A stretch of 64,000 bases of DNA. Origin: Patescibacteria group bacterium (GTDB taxonomy: Bacteria; Patescibacteriota; Patescibacteriia; UBA9570). Both the position numbers and the translations under genes were made by a program. The stretch is taken from the NCBI GenBank assembly GCA_041660305.1, contig JBAZWO010000002.1:68739-132738 (forward strand), written 5' to 3'. The notes under the pieces were generated by a model that saw only the letters and a program-made list of their open reading frames with translations, searched no databases and was not told the DNA's origin. Of the stretch, positions 54,416-62,853 are shown piece by piece. Each line of letters opens with the position of its first letter. Position 1 is the stretch's first letter.

Positions 54416-56095
54416 ATGAATAAACAATGTGCCAAATGTAATAAAACCTTTCAGATCACCGATCAAGATTTGGCGTTTTACAAAAAAATTGACGTGCCAA
54501 TGCCGACGCATTGCCTGGATTGCAGAATGATAAATTTAATGTGTTGGCGCAATGAACGAGTGTTTTATACTAATCAATGTGCCTGGTGTAGGCAAAGCGT
54601 AATTTCTTGTTTTAATAAAAAAGTCACTTTTCCAATATTGTGCAATGATTGTTGGTGGAGTGAAAAATTTAATCCATTAACTTACGGCAGAGAAATTGAT
54701 TTTAATAAGCCGTTTTTTGAGCAGTTGAAAACATTAATTAATGAAGCACCAGTAGGTAATTTATTTATCGCATCTTCAGAAAATTCTAAATATACTAATT
54801 TATGTGTTGGTAATAAAAACTGTTATATGGTAACAGCGTCCGATTATAACGAAAATGCTTATTATTTAGATAATTGTAATTATAATAGAGATGTTATTGA
54901 TTTAGGCTTTAGTCATCATAATGAGCTGTGTTATGAATGTATTGATTGTGAATACTGTTATAATTGTATGTATTCACAAAATAGTCGACACTGTAATTAC
55001 TGTTATTTTTGTATCGATAGCAGTGGATTAACAAATTGTGTAGGTTGCATTGGAATTAAAAATGATACCTATAAAATTTTTAATAAACAGTATTCGCAGG
55101 AAGAGTATGAACAAAAATTAGCTACACTAGCATTAAATACTTATACTGGTAGAGAAAAATTTAAATCAGAATTTATGGAATTTATTTTAAAATATCCTCG
55201 TCGTTTTGCTTCAGTTGAGCAATGTGAAGATTCCACAGGTAATTATTTAAAGCGTAGTAGTAATTGTAAACACAGTTTTGATTTAGAAGCTTGTGAAAAT
55301 TGTTCATACACTATTTTTGGCAATAACGCTAAAGATTGTTTGGATGTTTATGGAGCTACTGGCAATGAACTTGGTTATTATTCTTGTGCCTTACCAGAAA
55401 ATAACCGAATATTTTTTTCTGCTATTATTTGGCCTGGTTCATCTGATGTTTATTATTCTTATTTATGTCGTACAGCACAACATTGTTTTGGCTGTGTTTC
55501 GTTACATAATAATAAATATTGCATTTTGAATAAACAGTATTCTGAACATGATTACAAACAACTTAAGTTTAAATTAATTAAGCATATGCAGAAAACGGGG
55601 GAGTGGGGGGAATTTATGCCGATGGATATTTCACCTTGGGCTTATAACGAAACTATTGCCAATGATTATTATCCAAAAAATAAAGATGAAATATCACGTT
55701 TAAATGGCAAATGGGAAGATACTTTACCGGGTTCATATCATCAGGAAACTTTAACTATGGATAAACTACCCAATGCAATTAAAGAGGTGTCAGATGTTAT
55801 GTTAGAGGCAGTGTTAAGCTGTATGAATTGTTCAAGAAATTTTCGTATTATTAAACACGAATTAACTTTTTATAGAAATTTGAATATTCCTTTACCTAGG
55901 TTATGTTCTACTTGTAGATATATAATAAGAAAAAAATTACGTAATCCGCGGCAATTGTGGCAACGACGTTGTATGTGTACCCAACCAGATCATAATCATC
56001 AAGGTCGATGTGCTACAGAATTTGAAACGACGTATTCGCCAGACCGGAAAGAATTAATTTATTGTGAAGATTGTTATCAAAAAGAAATTTATTAA
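54416..56095 (+). CDS. Cys-rich multi-CxxC protein, paralog 7 of 11
   Basis: 559 aa from the ATG at 54416 (MNKQCAKCNKTF). The track start 54323 reads through the previous gene end and repeat R17. The family blocks are present, but the basic linker is altered (CLDCRMINLMCWRNER). Confidence 0.85.
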   Translation: MNKQCAKCNKTFQITDQDLAFYKKIDVPMPTHCLDCRMINLMCWRNERVFYTNQCAWCRQSVISCFNKKVTFPILCNDCWWSEKFNPLTYGREIDFNKPFFEQLKTLINEAPVGNLFIASSENSKYTNLCVGNKNCYMVTASDYNENAYYLDNCNYNRDVIDLGFSHHNELCYECIDCEYCYNCMYSQNSRHCNYCYFCIDSSGLTNCVGCIGIKNDTYKIFNKQYSQEEYEQKLATLALNTYTGREKFKSEFMEFILKYPRRFASVEQCEDSTGNYLKRSSNCKHSFDLEACENCSYTIFGNNAKDCLDVYGATGNELGYYSCALPENNRIFFSAIIWPGSSDVYYSYLCRTAQHCFGCVSLHNNKYCILNKQYSEHDYKQLKFKLIKHMQKTGEWGEFMPMDISPWAYNETIANDYYPKNKDEISRLNGKWEDTLPGSYHQETLTMDKLPNAIKEVSDVMLEAVLSCMNCSRNFRIIKHELTFYRNLNIPLPRLCSTCRYIIRKKLRNPRQLWQRRCMCTQPDHNHQGRCATEFETTYSPDRKELIYCEDCYQKEIY

Positions 56096-56098
56096 AAA

Positions 56099-56138
56099 CC
56101 TACCTCACCCCCAGCCCCTCTCCTGTTCAGGAGAGGGG
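56099..56138. repeat. G/C-run palindromic element (R18)
   Basis: Identical to R17 and part of the identity block 56072..56248. Confidence 0.85.
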
Positions 56139-56156
56139 AGAAATGCAAAAATATTT

Positions 56157-57776
56157 ATGAATAAACAATGTGCCAAATGTAATAAAACCTTTCAGATCAC
56201 CGATCAAGATTTGGCGTTTTACAAAAAAATTGACGTGCCAATGCCGACTCATTGCCCGGATTGTCGACAGCAACGGCGATTAGCTTGGCGGAATGAGCGA
56301 GTGTTTTATGAACGACAGTGTGATTTGTGCCAACAGCACATTATTTCCATGTACCAAGCTAATGTTAGCTTTCCGGTGTATTGCCAGGCTTGTTGGTTTA
56401 GTGATCAGTGGGATCCTAAAGACTACGCGCAGAATTATGATTTTACCAAATCATTTTTTCAACAATTTCATGGATTACAAAAACTAATTCCCCGAGTCGC
56501 TTTAGTGAATAATCAAGGAGAAAATTCTCCCTATATTAATTTTGCCGATCGCAATAAAAATTGTTATTTAACCACCTCGTGTAATGATTGTGAGGATTGT
56601 TATTATGGGTTTTTTATGCTTGGTAACAAAAATTGTGTAGACGTAAGTTACGCTTATCACAATGAATATTGTTATGAGTTAATAGATTGCAGTAAGTGTT
56701 ATCAGGTTCGATTTGCTCAAAACTCAACTAATTGTCTGGATAGTTGGTTTTTATACGACTGCAGTAACTGCTCTAATTGTTTTGGTTGCACTAATCTACG
56801 GCAAAAAGGATATTATATTTTTAATCAGGCATATTCAGCGGAAGAATATAAAATGATTGTTACTAAACTAACGGCTGACGCTACTAGCCTGACGGAAGCC
56901 AGGGCTAAATTTACAGAGCTAAAGAAAAAAGCCATTTATAAGTATAGTAAAGGTTCACACAATGAACGGGTTAGCGGTGGTGGGCTGGAAGGTTGTTATA
57001 ATGTTAAGCGTTGTTTTGAAGCGACAGAATTAATAGACAGCGCCTATTGTTATAATGCCGTTCGGACTAAAAATTCTTATGACGTGTCGTTTGCTGATGG
57101 AGCCGAACTATGTTATGAAGCCCAAAGTATCATAGGGTATAGTTCATGTTTTACCCTGTTTTGTCGGCAGTGTCCAGATAGTTGGTATTCAGATTCATGT
57201 CATAATAGTCACGATCTATTTGGCTGTATTGGTTTGCGTAAACAGCAGTTTTGCATTTTGAACAAACAGTATTCGGTTAAGGAGTATTTTGCTATTCGAG
57301 AAAAAATTATTCAGCAAATGACTAAAGATCAAGAATTTGGTGAATATTTTTCTATTGCCCAATCATTCTTTGCCTATAATGAATCTCTAGCTAATACTTT
57401 CTATCCTTTAAAATCGGAGGAGGTAAAACAACACGGCTGGCGCTGGCAGGAACCATTTGATAATGTTAAACGATCAGAAAGTGATAGCCAACAGCAAGTA
57501 TGTGAAAAATGTAATCGTTCGTATCGTTTTATTCAGCAAGAATTAAAATTTTATGAGTCATTATCAGTGCCATTGCCTAAACAATGTTTTTATTGTCGAT
57601 TAAGCGCTCGAGAAACTCAACGTAACCCATGGCAATTATTTCAGCGGCAATGTATGTGTACCCAAATCGATCATAAGCATCAAGGTCGTTGTGCGGAAAC
57701 ATTCGAAACAAACTATGCGCCAGATAATACAGCGATTATTTATTGCGAGGAATGCTACAATAAAGAAATATATTAA
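56157..57776 (+). CDS. Cys-rich multi-CxxC protein, paralog 8 of 11
   Basis: 539 aa from the ATG at 56157. The first 92 nt are identical to paralog 7. Has FCILNKQYS, FAYNES, RQCMCTQIDHKHQGRC and CYNKEIY. Confidence 0.85.
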   Translation: MNKQCAKCNKTFQITDQDLAFYKKIDVPMPTHCPDCRQQRRLAWRNERVFYERQCDLCQQHIISMYQANVSFPVYCQACWFSDQWDPKDYAQNYDFTKSFFQQFHGLQKLIPRVALVNNQGENSPYINFADRNKNCYLTTSCNDCEDCYYGFFMLGNKNCVDVSYAYHNEYCYELIDCSKCYQVRFAQNSTNCLDSWFLYDCSNCSNCFGCTNLRQKGYYIFNQAYSAEEYKMIVTKLTADATSLTEARAKFTELKKKAIYKYSKGSHNERVSGGGLEGCYNVKRCFEATELIDSAYCYNAVRTKNSYDVSFADGAELCYEAQSIIGYSSCFTLFCRQCPDSWYSDSCHNSHDLFGCIGLRKQQFCILNKQYSVKEYFAIREKIIQQMTKDQEFGEYFSIAQSFFAYNESLANTFYPLKSEEVKQHGWRWQEPFDNVKRSESDSQQQVCEKCNRSYRFIQQELKFYESLSVPLPKQCFYCRLSARETQRNPWQLFQRQCMCTQIDHKHQGRCAETFETNYAPDNTAIIYCEECYNKEIY

Positions 57777-57780
57777 ATTT

Positions 57781-59448
57781 ATGTTCACTAAACAATGCAC
57801 GCAATGTAGTAAAACTTTCCCGATCACTGATCAAGATTTGGCGTTTTATGAAAAAATTGTTGTACCACAGCCAACATTATGTCCGGATTGCCGGCATCAG
57901 AGAAGATGTTGTTATCGTAATGAAAAGAATTTTTTTAATCGACAATGTGATTTATGCAAAAAGAACATTGTTTCTATTTTTCCTAGCAGTGTAAAATTTC
58001 CAGTATATTGCCATGATTGTTTTTGGTCGGATAAATGGGATCCGACAAGCTATGGCGCAGCGATTGATTACTCTAAATCTTTTTTTGATCAATTTTATCA
58101 ACTAACGCAAACTGTGCCGCATTTGGCATTAATTAACAGCAAGAGTGAGAATTCAGATTACACTAATTATTCAACGCAAAATAAAAATTGTTACATGTGC
58201 GCTGGTACTGGCCGAGCGGAAACTTGTTATTATTGCAATCGTGTAGTGTATAGCAAAGATTGTGTATCGTGTTTTGATATTTTTAAATGTGAATTGTGTT
58301 ATGAGTGTGTGCAATGCACTAATTGTTTTAATGTAAAATTCAGTAAACAATGTACGGATTCTAACGACTTAGAATATTGCTATGATTGTGTGGGCTGTGC
58401 GAATTGTTTTGGCTGCGTTGGTCTGCGTCATAAGCGTTATCAAATATTAAATCAAACTTACACCGCAGCAGATTATTATGCTCGGTTAGCAGATTATAAA
58501 AAAGATCCGACTGGTTTTTTAAATAAATACGCAGAATTAAAATTAAAGACGCCGCGTAAATTTGCTCGTTTGTTACATTGTGAAAATTGTAGTGGAAATA
58601 ATTTAGAATACTGTGTTGCTGCGCAGCAATCATTCATGGTGCATAAAGGTGAGCAGGTAAAATATATGCACATTGCCACGGAAGTGAAAGACGAAATGGA
58701 CGTTACAGTAGATGATAAATCGGAAATCGGCTATGAAATTTGCGGATCGGATACCAATTATTATAATTTATTTGCCATGATTTGCTGGTTTTGCAAATAT
58801 ACCTGGTATTGCCATTTTTGTTTCAATTCAACAAATTTATTTGGTTGCGTGAGCATGACCAAACACCAATATTGCATCTTAAACAAGCCTTACCATACTT
58901 TAGAAGCTTTTAATAAAGAAAAAAACAAACTGATTGATTATATTAGAAAAACGCATGAATGGGGAGAATATTTTCCAGCGTCATATAGTCCGTTTGCTTA
59001 CAATGAATCCGTGGCCAATATCTATTATCCTTTAACAAAAAATGATGCACTGCGTCATGGTTGGCAGTGGCGAGAAGATAACAGCGCCACTAAAGGAAAA
59101 GAAACTGTCAGTTTGGATAATATTCCAGATATTACGCAAATTACCAATGAATTCACTAAAGAAATATTAGCTTGTGCGCATTGTGGTATAAATTATAAAG
59201 TGATTAAAGAAGAAATCGAATTATATCAACGCTTAAACGTGTCGATTCCAAAATATTGTCCAGCTTGTCGAAATTTAAATCACATTAAACAGCTAGACCC
59301 ATTTCATTTATGGCACCGTCAGTGCATGTGCACACAGCCAGATCATAATCATTATGGGCGTTGCAGTGTAGAATTCGAAACTACTTATTCTCCAGAACAA
59401 AAAGAACTGGTTTATTGCGAGGAGTGTTACAATAAAGAGATATATTAA
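57781..59448 (+). CDS. Cys-rich multi-CxxC protein, paralog 9 of 11
   Basis: 555 aa from the ATG at 57781 (MFTKQCTQCSKTF), 4 nt after the previous stop. Has YCILNKPY, FAYNES, RQCMCTQPDHNHYGRC and CYNKEIY. Confidence 0.85.
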   Translation: MFTKQCTQCSKTFPITDQDLAFYEKIVVPQPTLCPDCRHQRRCCYRNEKNFFNRQCDLCKKNIVSIFPSSVKFPVYCHDCFWSDKWDPTSYGAAIDYSKSFFDQFYQLTQTVPHLALINSKSENSDYTNYSTQNKNCYMCAGTGRAETCYYCNRVVYSKDCVSCFDIFKCELCYECVQCTNCFNVKFSKQCTDSNDLEYCYDCVGCANCFGCVGLRHKRYQILNQTYTAADYYARLADYKKDPTGFLNKYAELKLKTPRKFARLLHCENCSGNNLEYCVAAQQSFMVHKGEQVKYMHIATEVKDEMDVTVDDKSEIGYEICGSDTNYYNLFAMICWFCKYTWYCHFCFNSTNLFGCVSMTKHQYCILNKPYHTLEAFNKEKNKLIDYIRKTHEWGEYFPASYSPFAYNESVANIYYPLTKNDALRHGWQWREDNSATKGKETVSLDNIPDITQITNEFTKEILACAHCGINYKVIKEEIELYQRLNVSIPKYCPACRNLNHIKQLDPFHLWHRQCMCTQPDHNHYGRCSVEFETTYSPEQKELVYCEECYNKEIY

Positions 59449-59452
59449 ATTT

Positions 59453-61048
59453 ATGCCCACCAAACAATGCCTACAATGCAACAAAACTTTCAGGATCACT
59501 GATCAAGATTTGGCGTTTTACGAAAAGATCAATGTGCCACAGCCTACATTGTGTCCGGATTGCCGAGAGCGGCGGCGCTTAACGTGGCGGAATGAAATGC
59601 ACTTTTATGAGCGTAATTGCGCTTTGTGTAAACAAGCGATTATTTCGATTTATTCAAATAATAAACCTTTTCCGGTGTATTGCGCGCGGTGTTACTGGTC
59701 CGATAAATGGAATCCGTTATCATTTGGCCAGGAATATGATTTTACACAAACATTTTTTTCACAACTGCAAAGTTTGCAAAATCGTGTGTCGCGCTTAGCT
59801 ATTATTAATCGTAATAGTGAAAATTCTGAATACACCAATGTTTGCGAGCGCAATAAAAATTGCTACATGATTATTGAATCCAGCAATAATGAAAATTGCT
59901 TATATTGTTATTGGATTCAGAAATCGAAAGATTTAGTTGATTGTTCGTTTTGCTCTGAATGTGAATTGTGTTATGAATGCGATAATTGCAATATTAGTTA
60001 TGAATTGCATTATTCTAAAAATTGTACAAATTGCAGTCAAAGTAAGTATTTAGTAAATTGTTCCGGCGTGAATAATTGTTTGGGGTGTGTTAATTTAGTG
60101 AATAAGCAATATTATATTTTAAATCAGCCTTACTCACCAGAAGATTATCAACAATATATTAATAATTTGGACAAAGATAAATTTATAAAATTATTTCAAG
60201 AATTAGTTATCAAACAACCTAGAAAATACGCCGAAATTTCGAAAAGTGAAAATTGTATTGGCAACTATATTATTAATGCTCATAATTGCCAATCTGCATT
60301 TCATGCCCATGATTCTGAAAATTGCCGCTATGCTTATCATGTATGGCGGCAGGCCAAAGATTGTCTGGATGTTGATACAGTGGGCATGCAAACGGAGCTG
60401 GTTTATGAATCAACTAACACGGCCATTAATAGCTACAATTGCCAGTTTTGCGCGCGTTGTTGGAGCGTGCGCGATAGCCAATATTGTATTGATTGTGATA
60501 ATGCAAAAAATATACTCGGTTCGATTTCGTTAATTAAAGCTGAGTATTGCATTTTAAATAAACAGTATTCTAGGAGTGATTATCAAATAATGATAAACAA
60601 AATAAAACAAGACATGATAAAGAACCATGAGTATGGTGAATTTTTTCCAAGCAATTTATCGCCATTTGCTTACAACGAAACAGCGGCTATGTTGTATTAT
60701 CCATTGCAGTCAACCGAGGCTTTGATGCAACAACAAAATATTAATATAGCTGCTAAAAATAATGAACCGATCTGTGAGTCATGTCATAAATTATTTAAAT
60801 ATATAAAACAAGAAGAAGTTTTTTACACCAATCACGCTATAGCATTACCAAAAATATGTTTTAGTTGTCGTTTATTACATCGTTTACAACAACGCAATCC
60901 TAATCATCTCTGGCACCGCCAATGCATGTGTACTCAGCCGGATCATAACCACCAAGGCAGGTGTGCTGAAGAATTCGCCACGACTTATTCTCCAGAACAA
61001 AAAGAGCTGGTGTATTGCGAGCAGTGTTATCAAAAAGAAATTTATTAA
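59453..61048 (+). CDS. Cys-rich multi-CxxC protein, paralog 10 of 11
   Basis: 531 aa, starting 4 nt after the previous stop. Has YCILNKQYS, FAYNET, RQCMCTQPDHNHQGRC and CYQKEIY. The linker before the C-terminal module is shorter. Confidence 0.85.
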   Translation: MPTKQCLQCNKTFRITDQDLAFYEKINVPQPTLCPDCRERRRLTWRNEMHFYERNCALCKQAIISIYSNNKPFPVYCARCYWSDKWNPLSFGQEYDFTQTFFSQLQSLQNRVSRLAIINRNSENSEYTNVCERNKNCYMIIESSNNENCLYCYWIQKSKDLVDCSFCSECELCYECDNCNISYELHYSKNCTNCSQSKYLVNCSGVNNCLGCVNLVNKQYYILNQPYSPEDYQQYINNLDKDKFIKLFQELVIKQPRKYAEISKSENCIGNYIINAHNCQSAFHAHDSENCRYAYHVWRQAKDCLDVDTVGMQTELVYESTNTAINSYNCQFCARCWSVRDSQYCIDCDNAKNILGSISLIKAEYCILNKQYSRSDYQIMINKIKQDMIKNHEYGEFFPSNLSPFAYNETAAMLYYPLQSTEALMQQQNINIAAKNNEPICESCHKLFKYIKQEEVFYTNHAIALPKICFSCRLLHRLQQRNPNHLWHRQCMCTQPDHNHQGRCAEEFATTYSPEQKELVYCEQCYQKEIY

Positions 61049-61134
61049 TCCAACCATTTTTTACATGTTTGCTAATTTAATTATCTTAATCTAGCTAAAA
61101 AATTGGTATAATTTTAAGTCATGTAAAAAAGCAT

Positions 61135-61163
61135 TTGACCACGTTTAGGTATGAGATTATGCT
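61135..61163 (+). promoter_or_regulatory. Conserved TTGACC-N17-TATGCT box, copy 3 (6 nt upstream of the paralog 11 ATG)
   Basis: TTGACC (61135..61140), a 17-nt spacer, TATGCT (61158..61163), then GAGAAC and the ATG at 61170. A second candidate -10, TGGTATAAT, lies at 61104..61112. Confidence 0.5.
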
Positions 61164-61169
61164 GAGAAC

Positions 61170-62849
61170 ATGCCTAAACAACAATGCATCAAATGCAGTA
61201 AAACATTTACTGTGACAAATAACGATCAAGCTTTTTATGAAAAAATAAATGTAGATGAGCCAACGCACTGTCCAACTTGTAGATTGTTACGCCGGTTAGC
61301 TTGGCGTAATGAGAGATTTTTATATCAACGGCAGTGTGATTTGTGTAAGAAAACTATTATTTCAAATTATTCTCAAGATAAATCTTATACTGTTTATTGT
61401 CATGAGTGTTGGTGGAGTGATCGCTGGAACGCTTTAGATTATGGGCAAAACATTAATTGGTCTGAGCCATTTTTTTTACAGATTCAGCGCTTATTAAAAC
61501 GTGTGCCGTTATTAGCCACTATGGTTAGTAAATGCGAAAACTGTGATTACACTAATTATTCATTTGAAAATAAAGATTGTTATTTATCTTTCGATATCGG
61601 CGGCAACGAAAATGTGTATTATAGCCGTACCATGTACAATAACAAAGATTGCTTCGATTGTTTATTTTGTAAAGAACATTGTGAATTGTGTTACGAATGT
61701 GTTTACTGCACAGCTTGCTATAGTTGTAATTTTTGTTTAGATTGCGAGCATTTAACTAACTGTTCATTTTGTTTCGATTGTAGTGGCTGTTCTGATTGCT
61801 TTTTATGTTTCAATTTGCGTAACGCCCAATATTGCATAGAAAACAAACAATATACCAAAGAACAATATCAACAAAAAATTAAGCAGTATTATGCTTTAGG
61901 TAGTTATCCGCGTTTGCAACAACTAAAAGAACGCTGGCAAGAATTGAAACTTAAACAACCACATCGTTTTAGCAAAAACATTGCTACCGAAAATAGTATC
62001 GGGGATCATTTACAGCACTGCACTAATTGCTATTTTGTGTTTAGCTCTAATAATTGTGAAAACGCGCATTATGTATTTGAAACAATGATCGGAAAAGATT
62101 TTTATGATGATAATTTTAGCGGGTGGGGAGCAGAATTATCTTATGAAACTATGGGCATACCCACGCCTTATCATTGTATGGGGATAATTTCTTGCGGTTA
62201 TCCAATAGAGTTATATTATAGTTTGTTTGCGCAACAGGCAAAATACTGTTTTGGCGTGGTAGCTACCAAAAACACGCAATATTGTATTTTGAACAAGCAA
62301 TATACTAAAGAGCAATATGCACAGCTTTTTTCAAAGCTGATTAAGCATATGTGTAATACCGGAGAGTGGGGCGAATTCTTTCCAAAAGCCATGAGCCCAT
62401 TTTGTTATAACGAAACATTAGCTAACGAAGTACAATCACTCACAAAAACCGAAATACTAGCGCAAGGATTGTGCTGGAAAGATTTAGATTTTAAAACAAC
62501 ACAGTATTCAGCTGTAAATATACCAAATACAATTAGTGCTGTAACTGACAAAATAATACAACAAGCCTTAACTTGTCAGCACTGTCGTAAAAGATACAAA
62601 ATTATTCCACAGGAATTAGCTTTTTATCGTCAGCAACAATTAGCACTGTCTAGATTATGCCCAAATTGCCGGCATTTACAACGCAAAAACTTTATCAACG
62701 CCTATAATTTTTGGCACCGCCAGTGCATGTGCACTCAGCCTGATCATAATCATTTCGGGCGTTGCAGTGTTGAATTTGAAACAACCTATTCGCCAGAGCA
62801 AAAAGAGTTAGTGTATTGTGAACAGTGTTATAACAAAGAAATTTATTAA
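61170..62849 (+). CDS. Cys-rich multi-CxxC protein, paralog 11 of 11
   Basis: 559 aa. It contains a 53-aa stretch with 17 Cys, mostly at C-x2-C spacing (61650..61808). Has YCILNKQYT, FCYNET, RQCMCTQPDHNHFGRC and CYNKEIY. Confidence 0.85.
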   Translation: MPKQQCIKCSKTFTVTNNDQAFYEKINVDEPTHCPTCRLLRRLAWRNERFLYQRQCDLCKKTIISNYSQDKSYTVYCHECWWSDRWNALDYGQNINWSEPFFLQIQRLLKRVPLLATMVSKCENCDYTNYSFENKDCYLSFDIGGNENVYYSRTMYNNKDCFDCLFCKEHCELCYECVYCTACYSCNFCLDCEHLTNCSFCFDCSGCSDCFLCFNLRNAQYCIENKQYTKEQYQQKIKQYYALGSYPRLQQLKERWQELKLKQPHRFSKNIATENSIGDHLQHCTNCYFVFSSNNCENAHYVFETMIGKDFYDDNFSGWGAELSYETMGIPTPYHCMGIISCGYPIELYYSLFAQQAKYCFGVVATKNTQYCILNKQYTKEQYAQLFSKLIKHMCNTGEWGEFFPKAMSPFCYNETLANEVQSLTKTEILAQGLCWKDLDFKTTQYSAVNIPNTISAVTDKIIQQALTCQHCRKRYKIIPQELAFYRQQQLALSRLCPNCRHLQRKNFINAYNFWHRQCMCTQPDHNHFGRCSVEFETTYSPEQKELVYCEQCYNKEIY

Positions 62850-62853
62850 AGTA

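Noticed and set aside
135-56138. Could the recurring hairpin repeats be a CRISPR array?
   Set aside because: The copies are scattered singly between genes across the window. They are not regularly spaced with unique spacers, they vary in length and module content, and no cas genes are present.
39748-62000. Short out-of-frame or antisense track ORFs inside the Cys-rich paralogs (39748-40017, 49068-49292, 51004-51228, 51696-52017, 52670-52858, 53927-54157, 55293-55529, 56293-56487, 57636-57827, 58361-58679, 59308-59499, 59592-59798, 60203-60533, 61543-61740)
   Set aside because: They overlap the long, family-conserved frames and have no conservation between paralogs in those frames.
39732-62849. 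Cys-rich family as secreted or surface variant proteins (by analogy with CXXC-rich surface antigens), or as targets of a diversity-generating retroelement
   Set aside because: No signal peptide, lipobox or TM helix is present in any of the 11 N-termini. No reverse transcriptase or template-repeat/variable-repeat pair is visible in the window. Variation looks like paralog divergence plus gene conversion.
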